Below, piece by piece: positions 1 through 8,390 of a stretch of DNA of 59,294 nt. Numbering within the stretch: position 1 is the stretch's first letter; each line of letters begins with the position of its first letter. This DNA is from Myxococcota bacterium. Its GTDB lineage: Bacteria > Myxococcota_A > UBA9160 > SMWR01. The notes beneath the pieces were generated by a model. It ran no database searches, was not told where the DNA came from, and saw only the letters and a program-made list of their open reading frames with translations. Made by a program: the position numbers and the translations under genes. Where the stretch lies: NCBI GenBank assembly GCA_036447375.1, contig JAZFUU010000009.1, positions 1-59,294 of the forward strand, given 5' to 3'.

Positions 1-117
1 CACGAGCTGGGTGTCGCGTTCCGACCCGTCGACGAAAGCATGCGGGACATTCTGCGCTGGATGCACCGGGAGCAACACCTCGGCGCCAGCGATCTCGGCA
101 GGCTCTTTCGAGAATAG
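1..117 (+). CDS. C-terminal fragment of an extended-SDR (NAD-dependent epimerase/reductase)-like protein; 5' end outside window
   Basis: Frame 1 is open from the window edge to TAG 115-117 (HELGVAFRPVDESMRDILRWMHREQHLGASDLGRLFRE). The tail resembles the C-terminal helix of epimerase/dehydratase-family proteins. It is too short for a firm call. Confidence 0.35.
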   Translation, partial: HELGVAFRPVDESMRDILRWMHREQHLGASDLGRLFRE

Positions 118-143
118 GGCGATCGACGCTCGAGGCGGTCGGC

Positions 144-2273
144 TCAGAGGTCAGCGTCGCGAAAGACCCGCCCGTCTTCGATCCGCGCTACGGGTTGCGC
201 CGAATCGGGGCCTTCTTCCACCCACACGATCGCCGCCCCGCGGCTCGCTCGAAATCCCGCCGGCGAATCCTCGCTCAAGCTCTGCGTCCGGTAGCGATAC
301 TCGTCGACCACCAGCGTGCGAACGCCGGTTCCCTGATCGTAGGTCACGTCGTGGCGGCTGCCGTCCTTGGGTGACACCCATTCGTCGTCGCCGCGAGTGA
401 GTGCGGCGTACACCGCCTCGAGCAGCGGGTACTTCTCCATGGGCTGCCCGGCACGCCCGGCCAGGTCTTCTTCGATCAAACGCGGGGGCTGAGCAAAGAG
501 CGACTCGATACATCCATCTACGGCGACGTCGCACGCCTCCGTAGAAGACGAGAGCGCCAGCATTCGGTACAGCGCCTTGGGCTTGACGCGATGCCGACCC
601 TCCACACAACCCTCTGCCTCCAAGACCATGCGGCTGTGAACGCGGTTCAGCGCGCTCCGCACGATGTCCTCATCCGCGTCGACGATCATGACCACGATCC
701 GGGGGCCCGGTAGCGCGCACACGGCGTCCTCGTCGCGAATTCGCTGGCACAGACCCTCGTAGAAACGGTCGACGAAAGCGCTTCCGGCGTTGCCATCGAT
801 GAAACGGAACTCGTAGCCCACCAGATACAGACCCACCTTGGCCTTCCGCGCGAACTTTGTGCCCACGGCGATGTGTGCTTCCAGTCGATCGGGCTGAATT
901 CTTCGCGGTCCGAGTTTCGAGCGGGCCTTCTTGAGGTCGATCTCAGGCCAGGTCACGCTCCCCGGCCGACGAGCGCGAAGCAGCTGAACGGCACGAGCCG
1001 CCAGCTCATTGGGCTCGAATGGCTTCCCCACGATCTGGTCGCCGCCCACCATGAGGCAGCGCAGGCGCTCGCCCCCGCTCGACCGCCGAGAAGACAGAAA
1101 GAGAATCGGGACGTCCACCTTGTGCTCGCGCAACAACCGACACAATCCGATGCCGTCGAGACGGGGCATGGCGATACTCGTAATCAGCAGATCCGGCTTG
1201 GCCGCCGCTGCCGATCGAAGCGCCTGGAGTCCGTCGGCGGCCTCCGCGATTCGCACCGAGACATCCAACGTCTCCGCGACTTGATCCATGACCCGGGTGA
1301 CTTCGCTGCGTATCTTGGCATTGTCATCGACCACGAGCACCAGTACCCGAGATGACTGCTTGGAACCTGTGACACGCCGGGTTACGCGAGCCTCGGAAAG
1401 CACGGGCCCCTCGACATCCGCTGCGCGGCTCAGGACCAGGGAAGTCGCGCTGGGCGTGGCTTCCTGCCGATTCGGGATCGTGGCGACTGCGCTGGGCGGG
1501 GCTTCCCGCCGATCCAGGATCGGGACGGTCGCGCCAGGCGCGGCTACCAGCCGAAATCGTGCAAAAGGCCGCGGCGTAGGTTCAGGGGCCGGGGGGGGGA
1601 TCTGACGAACGCCGCCTGCTTCGATGCAGAACTCGAGCGGATGATGGGTGAGCTCGGCGTCGCCCATTCGGTGCAGGTGCATCCAGCGCGTGGTCTGTTC
1701 TTTGTCTCCCACCTCTCGGAGCAGCTGGAAGACGGTCCAGCAGACTTCGGAGAAGAGACGAAGCGAAAAGGGCTTGTGGGCGACGGCGTCGCTGGCGAGC
1801 AGCAGCGAGGTCCAGCCAAGCTCTCCGAAGCCGGTGCTGATCGCGCGCAGCTGATCGCGGAAGTCCGCCTCCTGCGAACAAGCGGACAGGAAGGGATCGA
1901 CCGGATCCAGGATGACTCGCCGCACCGCGCTCGGATCGGTTTCACCGCGAAGCTCTTCCATGACCGCCGCGACTCCCCGCTCGGCCACGATCTCTCCGAT
2001 CTGATCCTCGTACTCCAATAGGACGAGGCGCTCGTCGTCCACGTATTCTTCCAGGGAAAGGCCGAGGCTCTTCCCGAGCGCGAGCAGCTCCTCCGCCTTC
2101 TCCCGGCAGACGTACAGAACCGTCTCGCCCGCCTGCAGGCCGGCGTAGGCAAACTGGAGCCCCAGGACCGACTTGCCGGTGCCGCTGGCCCCGAAGCCCA
2201 GATGCGACTGGGACCGCTGGAACCCCGCGGGTCCGGAATCGAAGAGATCGATACCGGTCGCGACCGCCTCCAT
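144..2273 (-). CDS. KaiC/RecA-superfamily ATPase fused to an atypical (Asp-to-Ser) receiver domain and an uncharacterised C-terminal region
   Basis: 709-aa ORF with GGAGG 6 nt upstream of ATG 2273. The N-terminus has TGIDLFD..GASGTGKS (Walker A) and RRVILDPVDPF (Walker B-like), as in KaiC/RadA-type ATPases. A Pro-rich linker follows. The REC-like segment reads VLVVDDN...PDLLITSIAMPRLDG...ILFLSS...VGKPF. I cannot name a motif in the last ~270 aa; there is a possible degenerate GGDEF-like stretch. Confidence 0.85.
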   Translation of the reverse strand: MEAVATGIDLFDSGPAGFQRSQSHLGFGASGTGKSVLGLQFAYAGLQAGETVLYVCREKAEELLALGKSLGLSLEEYVDDERLVLLEYEDQIGEIVAERGVAAVMEELRGETDPSAVRRVILDPVDPFLSACSQEADFRDQLRAISTGFGELGWTSLLLASDAVAHKPFSLRLFSEVCWTVFQLLREVGDKEQTTRWMHLHRMGDAELTHHPLEFCIEAGGVRQIPPPAPEPTPRPFARFRLVAAPGATVPILDRREAPPSAVATIPNRQEATPSATSLVLSRAADVEGPVLSEARVTRRVTGSKQSSRVLVLVVDDNAKIRSEVTRVMDQVAETLDVSVRIAEAADGLQALRSAAAAKPDLLITSIAMPRLDGIGLCRLLREHKVDVPILFLSSRRSSGGERLRCLMVGGDQIVGKPFEPNELAARAVQLLRARRPGSVTWPEIDLKKARSKLGPRRIQPDRLEAHIAVGTKFARKAKVGLYLVGYEFRFIDGNAGSAFVDRFYEGLCQRIRDEDAVCALPGPRIVVMIVDADEDIVRSALNRVHSRMVLEAEGCVEGRHRVKPKALYRMLALSSSTEACDVAVDGCIESLFAQPPRLIEEDLAGRAGQPMEKYPLLEAVYAALTRGDDEWVSPKDGSRHDVTYDQGTGVRTLVVDEYRYRTQSLSEDSPAGFRASRGAAIVWVEEGPDSAQPVARIEDGRVFRDADL

Positions 2274-2535
2274 TCCTGTCCTCCGCGCGCAGATCCGGCG
2301 CGACTGACAATGGGGTGGATCGTGCGCCCCTCATCAACCGGCAGTCTGGTGATGAGATCATCGGAGAGCCCGAGGACTCCCTTGAGCGCCGCCGGGCGCT
2401 TTCGAGCGGCCCCCCATGGGCTGGAGTGGCTGGCCTGGGAAACCGTGATTCCGCCCCGCAGCTGGGCGACGAGCCTCTATACTGGCTGCCCCAAACAGCG
2501 GTCATCGGCGCCCAGGCGCCAGAAGGAGCCCTCCC

Positions 2536-3624
2536 GTGAAGGCACTCGTCAGTCTCGAGCTCGACAAGTATTCCGTTGAAAACGTGACCCTGGATGGGCC
2601 CAAAGCCGGCGAACTGCGCATCCGAATGCGCGCGACGGGCGTCTGTCATTCGGATGTCTCGGTGATCAACGGCACCCTGCCCCTGCCCAAGCCCATGGTG
2701 CTGGGACACGAAGGCGCCGGAGTCGTCGCGGAGCTCGGTGAAGACGTCCGAGGATTCGAGGTCGGGGATCACGTGGTGCTGTCGTTCAATCCCACCTGTG
2801 GCAGCTGTCTGTCCTGCCGCCGCCAGGAACCGCAGTTCTGCAGCGTCGGCGCCCCGGACGGAAAAATGCTGGACGGCACTTCGCGCGTGAAGCTCGGTAA
2901 AGACGAACTCGGGGTGATGCAATTCCTGGGATGCATGGCCGAAGAAGCCATCGTGCCCGCGATCAGCGCCGTCGCGATCGACAAGTCGATCCCCCTGGAC
3001 AAGGCCGCCCTCGTCGGCTGCGGTGTGATGACCGGGGTGGGAGCGGTGATCAACACAGCGAAGGTCACGCCAGGATCGAGTGTGGCGGTCTTCGGCTGCG
3101 GAGGCGTTGGACTGTCGATCATTCAGGGGGCCCGGCTCGCCGGCGCCTCGCGCATCATCGCCATCGACCTGGCCGACAACAAGCTGGAAATGGCCAGGCA
3201 GTTTGGCGCCACCGATACGGTGAACGGCGGCAAGGACAATGGCGTTCTCCGCTGCAAGGAGCTGACCGGCGGCGAGGGTGTCGACTACAGCTTCGAGGCG
3301 GTTGGAATTCCGCAGCTTATGGCCGAGGCCAACGAAGCGGCGCGCCGCGGGGGCACGGTGACGATCGTGGGCGTGGGCAAACTGACGGAAAGCGTGCCGT
3401 TCAATGCGCTCATGCTCTCCATGTCCGGAAAGACCATCAAGGGTTGCTACTACGGCGACGGCAATGTCAGGGAAGACTTTCCCAAGCTCCTCGACCTGTA
3501 CCGGGCCGGAAGGCTCAACCTCGACGACATGGTGACGGCGACCTACAGCATCGACGAAGCGCCCCAGGCCATCGAGGACCTGCTGGGCAACAAGAATGCC
3601 CGCGGCGTCATCGTCTACGAATAG
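2536..3624 (+). CDS. Zn-dependent alcohol dehydrogenase (MDR family)
   Basis: GTG 2536 is preceded by GAAGGAG. Motifs are GVCHSDVSV..GHEGAGVV and the GCGGVGLS Rossmann motif. Length is 362 aa. Confidence 0.92.
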   Translation: MKALVSLELDKYSVENVTLDGPKAGELRIRMRATGVCHSDVSVINGTLPLPKPMVLGHEGAGVVAELGEDVRGFEVGDHVVLSFNPTCGSCLSCRRQEPQFCSVGAPDGKMLDGTSRVKLGKDELGVMQFLGCMAEEAIVPAISAVAIDKSIPLDKAALVGCGVMTGVGAVINTAKVTPGSSVAVFGCGGVGLSIIQGARLAGASRIIAIDLADNKLEMARQFGATDTVNGGKDNGVLRCKELTGGEGVDYSFEAVGIPQLMAEANEAARRGGTVTIVGVGKLTESVPFNALMLSMSGKTIKGCYYGDGNVREDFPKLLDLYRAGRLNLDDMVTATYSIDEAPQAIEDLLGNKNARGVIVYE

Positions 3625-3653
3625 CCGCGGTCGTAGCGGGCGCAGCCGATCCC

Positions 3654-6026
3654 ATGAACGGACTTCGCGGCATACGGGTCGTAGATTTCTCCAGCGAGAT
3701 CGCGGGGCCCTACTGCACGAAGCTCCTGGCGGACGCGGGGGCGGACGTCGTCAAGGTGGAGGACGCGGGCGGCGATCCGATGCGTCGCTGGACCGCCAGC
3801 GGGAGCGACCTGTCCGGTAGCGACTCGGCCCTCTTCTGCTTCCTCAATGCCGGAAAACGCTCGGTGGTGGGCGCTCCCGAAGATGCCGAGATTCTCGCGT
3901 TGATCGAGGGAGCCGATCTAGTGGTCGAGAGCTTCGAGCCCGGCCGCATCGATTCCCTGAATCTGCCCGCGCGATCGCCCGGTCTGGTGCTGCTTTCGAT
4001 CTCCTGGTTCGGTCGCGGCGGCCCCTGGACCCACCGCCCCGCCACCGAGTTCACGATCCAGGCCGAGTGCGGCTCGATCGGGATGCGGGGCCTCCCCGGA
4101 CGCGAGCCCTTCCAATGCGGTGGCCGTATCACGGAATGGGTGGGGGGCACCTATGCGGCGGTGGGCGCTCTGGCAGCGGTGCAACGCGCCCGTCGCAGCG
4201 GTCACGGTGAAACCGTGGATTTCTCCCTGCTCGAAGTGATGACGGTCGCCGGTAGCAACTACATGGATCTGTTCCACAGCCTGCTGGGTCGACCCGAGGC
4301 GGAGGGTCTGCCCCAGTCCGTCGAGTCCCCATCGATCGAACCGACGAAAGACGGTTATGTGGGTTTCTGCACCAACTCCCGGCAACAGTTCTCCGACTTC
4401 CTGCTGCTGATGGATCGCCAGGATCTGGCCGAGGACGGGGAGCTGGCCATGGTGCCCGGACGCATGGCGCGATTCGACGAGTGGAACGCGATCGTTCATG
4501 CCTACACCGAAAAACACACCACGGCGGAGATCATCGAAGCGGCTTCGCGACTGCGGATTCCCGTAGCGCCGGTCAACAGCGGAGCCACGGTCGCCGATCA
4601 CGAACAGATCCGCAGCCGCCGCGCCCTGGTCACGAACCCGACGGGGAATTTCTTGCAGCCGCGTCCCCCCTATCGGATCGACGACCGCGATCCGCCGCCT
4701 CCCCGGCCAACGCCGCAGCTCGGAGAGCACACCCACCAGATCGAACCCCGGGAATGCCAACGGCCCCGGGCCCAGGGGCCCGCTTCGCTCCCGCTGGAGG
4801 GCCTGCGGATTCTCGACATGACGGCGTGGTGGGCGGGACCGTCGGCGACCGGAATGTTGGCGGGCCTCGGAGCCGATGTGATCCACCTGGAGTCGACCAC
4901 CCGTCCGGACCACATGCGCATGGTCGGCGGCTTGTTTGCCGGAAAGTACGAGACGTGGTGGGAGTGTTCTCACTTCTTTCTGGCGGCCAACATCAACAAG
5001 CGAGGGCTGACCCTGGACCTGGCGAAGCCGCGGGGTCTCGAGCTGGTCCGAGAACTGATCGCGCACTGCGATGCCATCGTCGAGAACTTCACACCGCGGG
5101 TGATGACCAACTTCGGCCTCACCTGGGAGGCCGTGCAGGCCCTCAATCCCCGGGCCATCCTGTTGCGGATGCCCGCCTTCGGGCTATCGGGACCCTGGCG
5201 AGACAACACCGGTTTCGCCCAGACCATGGAGCAGATGACGGGTCTGGCTTGGCTCACGGGACACTCCGACGACCAGCCGCGCATCCAGCGCGGCCCCTGC
5301 GATCCGTTGTCCGGCATGCACGCGGCGTTTTCGTTGCTCGTCGCCCTGGCCCAGCGCGAGGCCACGGGCAAAGGCGTCCACGTGGAGTGCAGCATGGTCG
5401 AAGGAGCCCTCAACGCCGCCGCCGAGGCTCTGATCGAGTTCTCTGCCTACGGCCATCGGATGAACCGCTGCGGCAACCGGTCGCCCACGGCGGCACCCCA
5501 GGGACTGTATCCATGCCGCGGAAGTACGCCGGGTCGCGAACACTGGCTCGCGCTGTCGGTCGCCAGCGACGCCCAGTGGCAGTCGCTCAAGGAACTTCTG
5601 GGCCGACCGGAGTGGGCCGATGACCCGGCCCTCGCCAGCCTCGTCGGACGGCGCAGCGCCCACGATCGCATCGATGCCGCCCTGGCCCCCTGGTTCGCCG
5701 ACCGTGACCGCGAAAAGCTGGTGGGCGAACTCCTCAGCGCTGGGATCCCCGCAGCCCCGGTGGTGGACCCCCGCCTCACCAGCCGCAATCCTCAGCTCGT
5801 CGCCCGGGGTTTCTACGAAGAATCGAGCCATCCGGTTGCCGGCACCCATCCGATCCCGACGATGCCCTTCCGCTATGCCTCCGTGGATCGTTGGCTCCGC
5901 GAACCGGCGCCGACGCTCGGCCAGCAAAATGGCGAAATCCTGCGCGACCTGCTGGGCCTCGACGACACCGACATCGACGCGTTGACGGCCGAGGGCGTGA
6001 TTGGAACGCGGCCCGTGGGCTACTGA
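3654..6026 (+). CDS. Tandem-fused family III (CaiB/BaiF/Frc-type) CoA-transferase with two complete units in one polypeptide
   Basis: ATG 3654 lies inside the longer 2931 ORF, whose upstream part is an Arg/Gly-rich shadow of the ADH gene. Unit 1 runs GIRVVDFSSEIAGPYCTKLLADAGADVVKVE ... TPQLGEHT. Unit 2 runs LRILDMTAWWAGPSATGMLAGLGADVIHLE ... CDPLSGMHAA ... APTLGQQNGEIL. Confidence 0.88.
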   Translation: MNGLRGIRVVDFSSEIAGPYCTKLLADAGADVVKVEDAGGDPMRRWTASGSDLSGSDSALFCFLNAGKRSVVGAPEDAEILALIEGADLVVESFEPGRIDSLNLPARSPGLVLLSISWFGRGGPWTHRPATEFTIQAECGSIGMRGLPGREPFQCGGRITEWVGGTYAAVGALAAVQRARRSGHGETVDFSLLEVMTVAGSNYMDLFHSLLGRPEAEGLPQSVESPSIEPTKDGYVGFCTNSRQQFSDFLLLMDRQDLAEDGELAMVPGRMARFDEWNAIVHAYTEKHTTAEIIEAASRLRIPVAPVNSGATVADHEQIRSRRALVTNPTGNFLQPRPPYRIDDRDPPPPRPTPQLGEHTHQIEPRECQRPRAQGPASLPLEGLRILDMTAWWAGPSATGMLAGLGADVIHLESTTRPDHMRMVGGLFAGKYETWWECSHFFLAANINKRGLTLDLAKPRGLELVRELIAHCDAIVENFTPRVMTNFGLTWEAVQALNPRAILLRMPAFGLSGPWRDNTGFAQTMEQMTGLAWLTGHSDDQPRIQRGPCDPLSGMHAAFSLLVALAQREATGKGVHVECSMVEGALNAAAEALIEFSAYGHRMNRCGNRSPTAAPQGLYPCRGSTPGREHWLALSVASDAQWQSLKELLGRPEWADDPALASLVGRRSAHDRIDAALAPWFADRDREKLVGELLSAGIPAAPVVDPRLTSRNPQLVARGFYEESSHPVAGTHPIPTMPFRYASVDRWLREPAPTLGQQNGEILRDLLGLDDTDIDALTAEGVIGTRPVGY

Positions 6027-6045
6027 GCCCGAGCCCAACGATCCG

Positions 6046-6486
6046 CTAAAGGCCCACTCCGCCGAGCTTGCTGTGATCCCAGCTCACGATTCGCGTGGGC
6101 TTGATCACCACGCCGGTTCGCTTCGCCGCCATCTTCTGGGCCATTCCGTCGAGCTGCTCCTTCGAAACGCCCGGCGTATTCCGGGACATCACTTCGAGGG
6201 CCAGGGCGTGGACCTTCTCGGGGTCGGTCACGAGATCGGCCGTGCCGCTGAGGGTCACGCCGCGCAGCTGGTCGTAGCGATCGCCGTCTTCGACCAGCAC
6301 CGAGATGCGGGGGTCGCGCTGGAGATTCAGGATCTTCTGGGACTTCGTGTAGGTCTCGAAGACGATGTCTCCGTCCATGACCGCGAACCACAGCGTCGTG
6401 AGGTGAGGAGAGCCGTCTCGGTTCAGGGTGGCGACCTGCAGACTCTTCCGCTGGTCGATGAACTTCCAGACTTCCTCGTCGCTCAT
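6046..6486 (-). CDS. Pyridoxamine 5'-phosphate oxidase-family (PPOX-class flavin/deazaflavin) protein
   Basis: The start is ATG 6486 (MSDEEVWKFIDQRKSLQVATLNRDGSPHLTTLWF...), 146 aa. This is a typical PPOX split-barrel N-terminus. The longer 396-aa ORF upstream is Arg/Gly-rich junk. Confidence 0.8.
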   Translation of the reverse strand: MSDEEVWKFIDQRKSLQVATLNRDGSPHLTTLWFAVMDGDIVFETYTKSQKILNLQRDPRISVLVEDGDRYDQLRGVTLSGTADLVTDPEKVHALALEVMSRNTPGVSKEQLDGMAQKMAAKRTGVVIKPTRIVSWDHSKLGGVGL

Positions 6487-6533
6487 CCGAATTTGATCTC
6501 GTCTTTTGGGCACTTGGGTCTCCTGATGTGGTC

Positions 6534-7580
6534 TCAGTTCAACTTCGACGTCTGCGCGAGTTCCGCGGCGCGGCGCCCCATGTCGAGGACGACGTCGCCG
6601 AAGGCTGCCATCTTTGGATTGTCGGCCCCACCCTCCAGATAGCGGGCATAGCCGGCTTCCAATACGCACGCCATCTTGAAGCGCGCGAGGACGATGTAGT
6701 AGTCGATCCGATCGACGGACAACCCGCTGCGCACCGAGTAGCGGTGCATCAATTCCTCGCGCGTCGGCATGCCCGCGTAGTCGAAGTACCCGACCTGTCC
6801 GGTTTCTTCGCCGGGATCGACCCACCCCATCAGCACCCAGCCGAGATCCAGCAGCGGGTCGCCGACCGTCGACATCTCCCAGTCCACCACCGCCGCCATC
6901 CGGGCCGGTGCGTCGTGATGGAACATCACGTTCGCGAACTGATAGTCGCCGTGAATGATCCCGGGCTTGTAGGAAGGGGGAATGTGTTCGCGGAGCCAGT
7001 GGGCGGCGATGTCCAGGCCGGGAATCTCGCGAATCTTGATGCGCGACAGGTGGTGCAGCCAGCGATCGACCTGGCGCTCGAGAAAGCCCTCGGGCTTTCC
7101 GAAACCTTCCAGGCCCACGGCGCGCCAGTCGACCTGCCCCAGGCACGCGATCGCGTCGACCAGCTCGGTGGCAAGCCCTCGCTTCGCCTTCGGGTCCGTG
7201 TCGAAGGGGGAAGGCAGCCCCCCCAGAGGCGACCAACCGTCGACGAAATCCATGATGTAGAAACAGGCCCCGAGCACCTCGGCATCCTCACAACACGCGA
7301 GGACCCGGGCGTGAGGCACATCGGAATCCGCCAGGGCCGCCAGCACCCGGTACTCGCGGAGCATGGTGCGATTGCGACCCTCGGGAACCCGACGCGGAGG
7401 TCGCCTCAATACCATGCGCTGCCCACCGCGTTCGAGCCGAAAAATTTCGTTGGAGGCACCGCCGCTGATGAATTCCGCCCGCAACGGCTCTCCGGGCCCG
7501 GGGAGGTCGCGCTGGTCCATCCAGAGCGCCAGGCGTTCGATCTCGATCCGATCGACCCGTTCGACGTCGTTGGCCGCCAT
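6534..7580 (-). CDS. Phosphotransferase-family (APH/ChoK-like) kinase
   Basis: HGDYQFANVMF is the catalytic loop and VVDWEMSTVGDPLLDLG is the DxD-type motif. Length is 348 aa. This family is often linked to acyl-CoA dehydrogenase genes. Confidence 0.88.
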   Translation of the reverse strand: MAANDVERVDRIEIERLALWMDQRDLPGPGEPLRAEFISGGASNEIFRLERGGQRMVLRRPPRRVPEGRNRTMLREYRVLAALADSDVPHARVLACCEDAEVLGACFYIMDFVDGWSPLGGLPSPFDTDPKAKRGLATELVDAIACLGQVDWRAVGLEGFGKPEGFLERQVDRWLHHLSRIKIREIPGLDIAAHWLREHIPPSYKPGIIHGDYQFANVMFHHDAPARMAAVVDWEMSTVGDPLLDLGWVLMGWVDPGEETGQVGYFDYAGMPTREELMHRYSVRSGLSVDRIDYYIVLARFKMACVLEAGYARYLEGGADNPKMAAFGDVVLDMGRRAAELAQTSKLN

Positions 7581-7589
7581 CTCGCCCGG

Positions 7590-8390
7590 TCAAGCCTCCG
7601 GCATCAAGCTCTTGAACATCGGCACGAGGTCGGGGCCCTTGCGAAGGGTGTGCCCCCCGCTCACGCTGATGAGCTGGCCGGTCACCCAGCCGGCTTCGTC
7701 CGACAGCAGATAGCCCGCGCAGGCCGCGACGTCTTCGGGTTCCCCGACCCGCGAGATCGGCATCTGACGCAGGTACTCGTCCCGAGAGATTTCGTTGTCC
7801 CAAAGCATGCTCGCCATGGGCGTGCGTACGACGCCGGGAAGAATCGAGTTCACCCGAATCGAGAACTCGCCCAGCTCGTCGGCGGCACATTTCGTGAGCA
7901 TGTCGAGTCCGGCCTTGGATACGCAGTACGGGCTCATCCAGGGATGGGTCATGGCGCCGGCGATCGAGCTGATGTTGACGATGCTGCCTCCACCCGCCTG
8001 TTTCATCGCCAGCGCCTCTTCGCGGACGCAGCGGAAGGCACCGGTCAGATTGGCTTCGATCACGCGCTGGAACTCCTGAGTCCGGGTCTCGAGAAACGGC
8101 GACGCGGTCCCCGTTCCGGCGGAGTTCACCGCCAGGTGCAGAGCGCCCAGCTGCTCGACGGTGGCGGCCACGAGATCGACCACCGACTTCTCATCGGTGA
8201 CGTCGCAGACCCGCCAGCTGGCCCGGGGCCCGAGCTTCTCCGCCGCCTGTTTCAGACTGTCTTCCCGGCGGGCGCAGATCATGACCCGGCCTCCGCCGGC
8301 GACGATGGTCTGCGCGCAGCCGAATCCGATGCCGGTCGCGCCGGCGGTGACGAGGCCCACCTTGCCTTCGAAGCGGTTGTTCGAGGTCAC
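7590..8390 (-). CDS. SDR-family oxidoreductase
   Basis: GKVGLVTAGATGIGFG is the cofactor motif, with NISS..YCVSK as the catalytic Ser / YxxxK. I chose GTG 8390 as the start because it forms a GTGA overlap with the upstream stop. The longest ORF starts at 8453. Confidence 0.85.
   Translation of the reverse strand: MTSNNRFEGKVGLVTAGATGIGFGCAQTIVAGGGRVMICARREDSLKQAAEKLGPRASWRVCDVTDEKSVVDLVAATVEQLGALHLAVNSAGTGTASPFLETRTQEFQRVIEANLTGAFRCVREEALAMKQAGGGSIVNISSIAGAMTHPWMSPYCVSKAGLDMLTKCAADELGEFSIRVNSILPGVVRTPMASMLWDNEISRDEYLRQMPISRVGEPEDVAACAGYLLSDEAGWVTGQLISVSGGHTLRKGPDLVPMFKSLMPEA

Noticed and set aside
11-400. 129-aa plus-strand ORF at the left edge
   Set aside because: It is mostly antisense to the KaiC-like gene and is Arg/Ser/Pro-rich. 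Only frame 1 up to TAG 115-117 looks like a real C-terminal gene fragment.
2315-2539. 74-aa ORF whose TGA overlaps the ADH GTG start (GTGA)
   Set aside because: The coupling-like overlap is suggestive. However, the peptide looks disordered, has no family resemblance, and by eye has a lower third-position GC than neighbouring genes. I treat the region as the ADH/KaiC-like divergent promoter.
2931-3653. N-terminal 241 codons of the 1031-aa ORF
   Set aside because: This part overlaps the ADH gene out of frame and is Arg/Gly-rich. The CoA-transferase homology begins exactly at ATG 3654.
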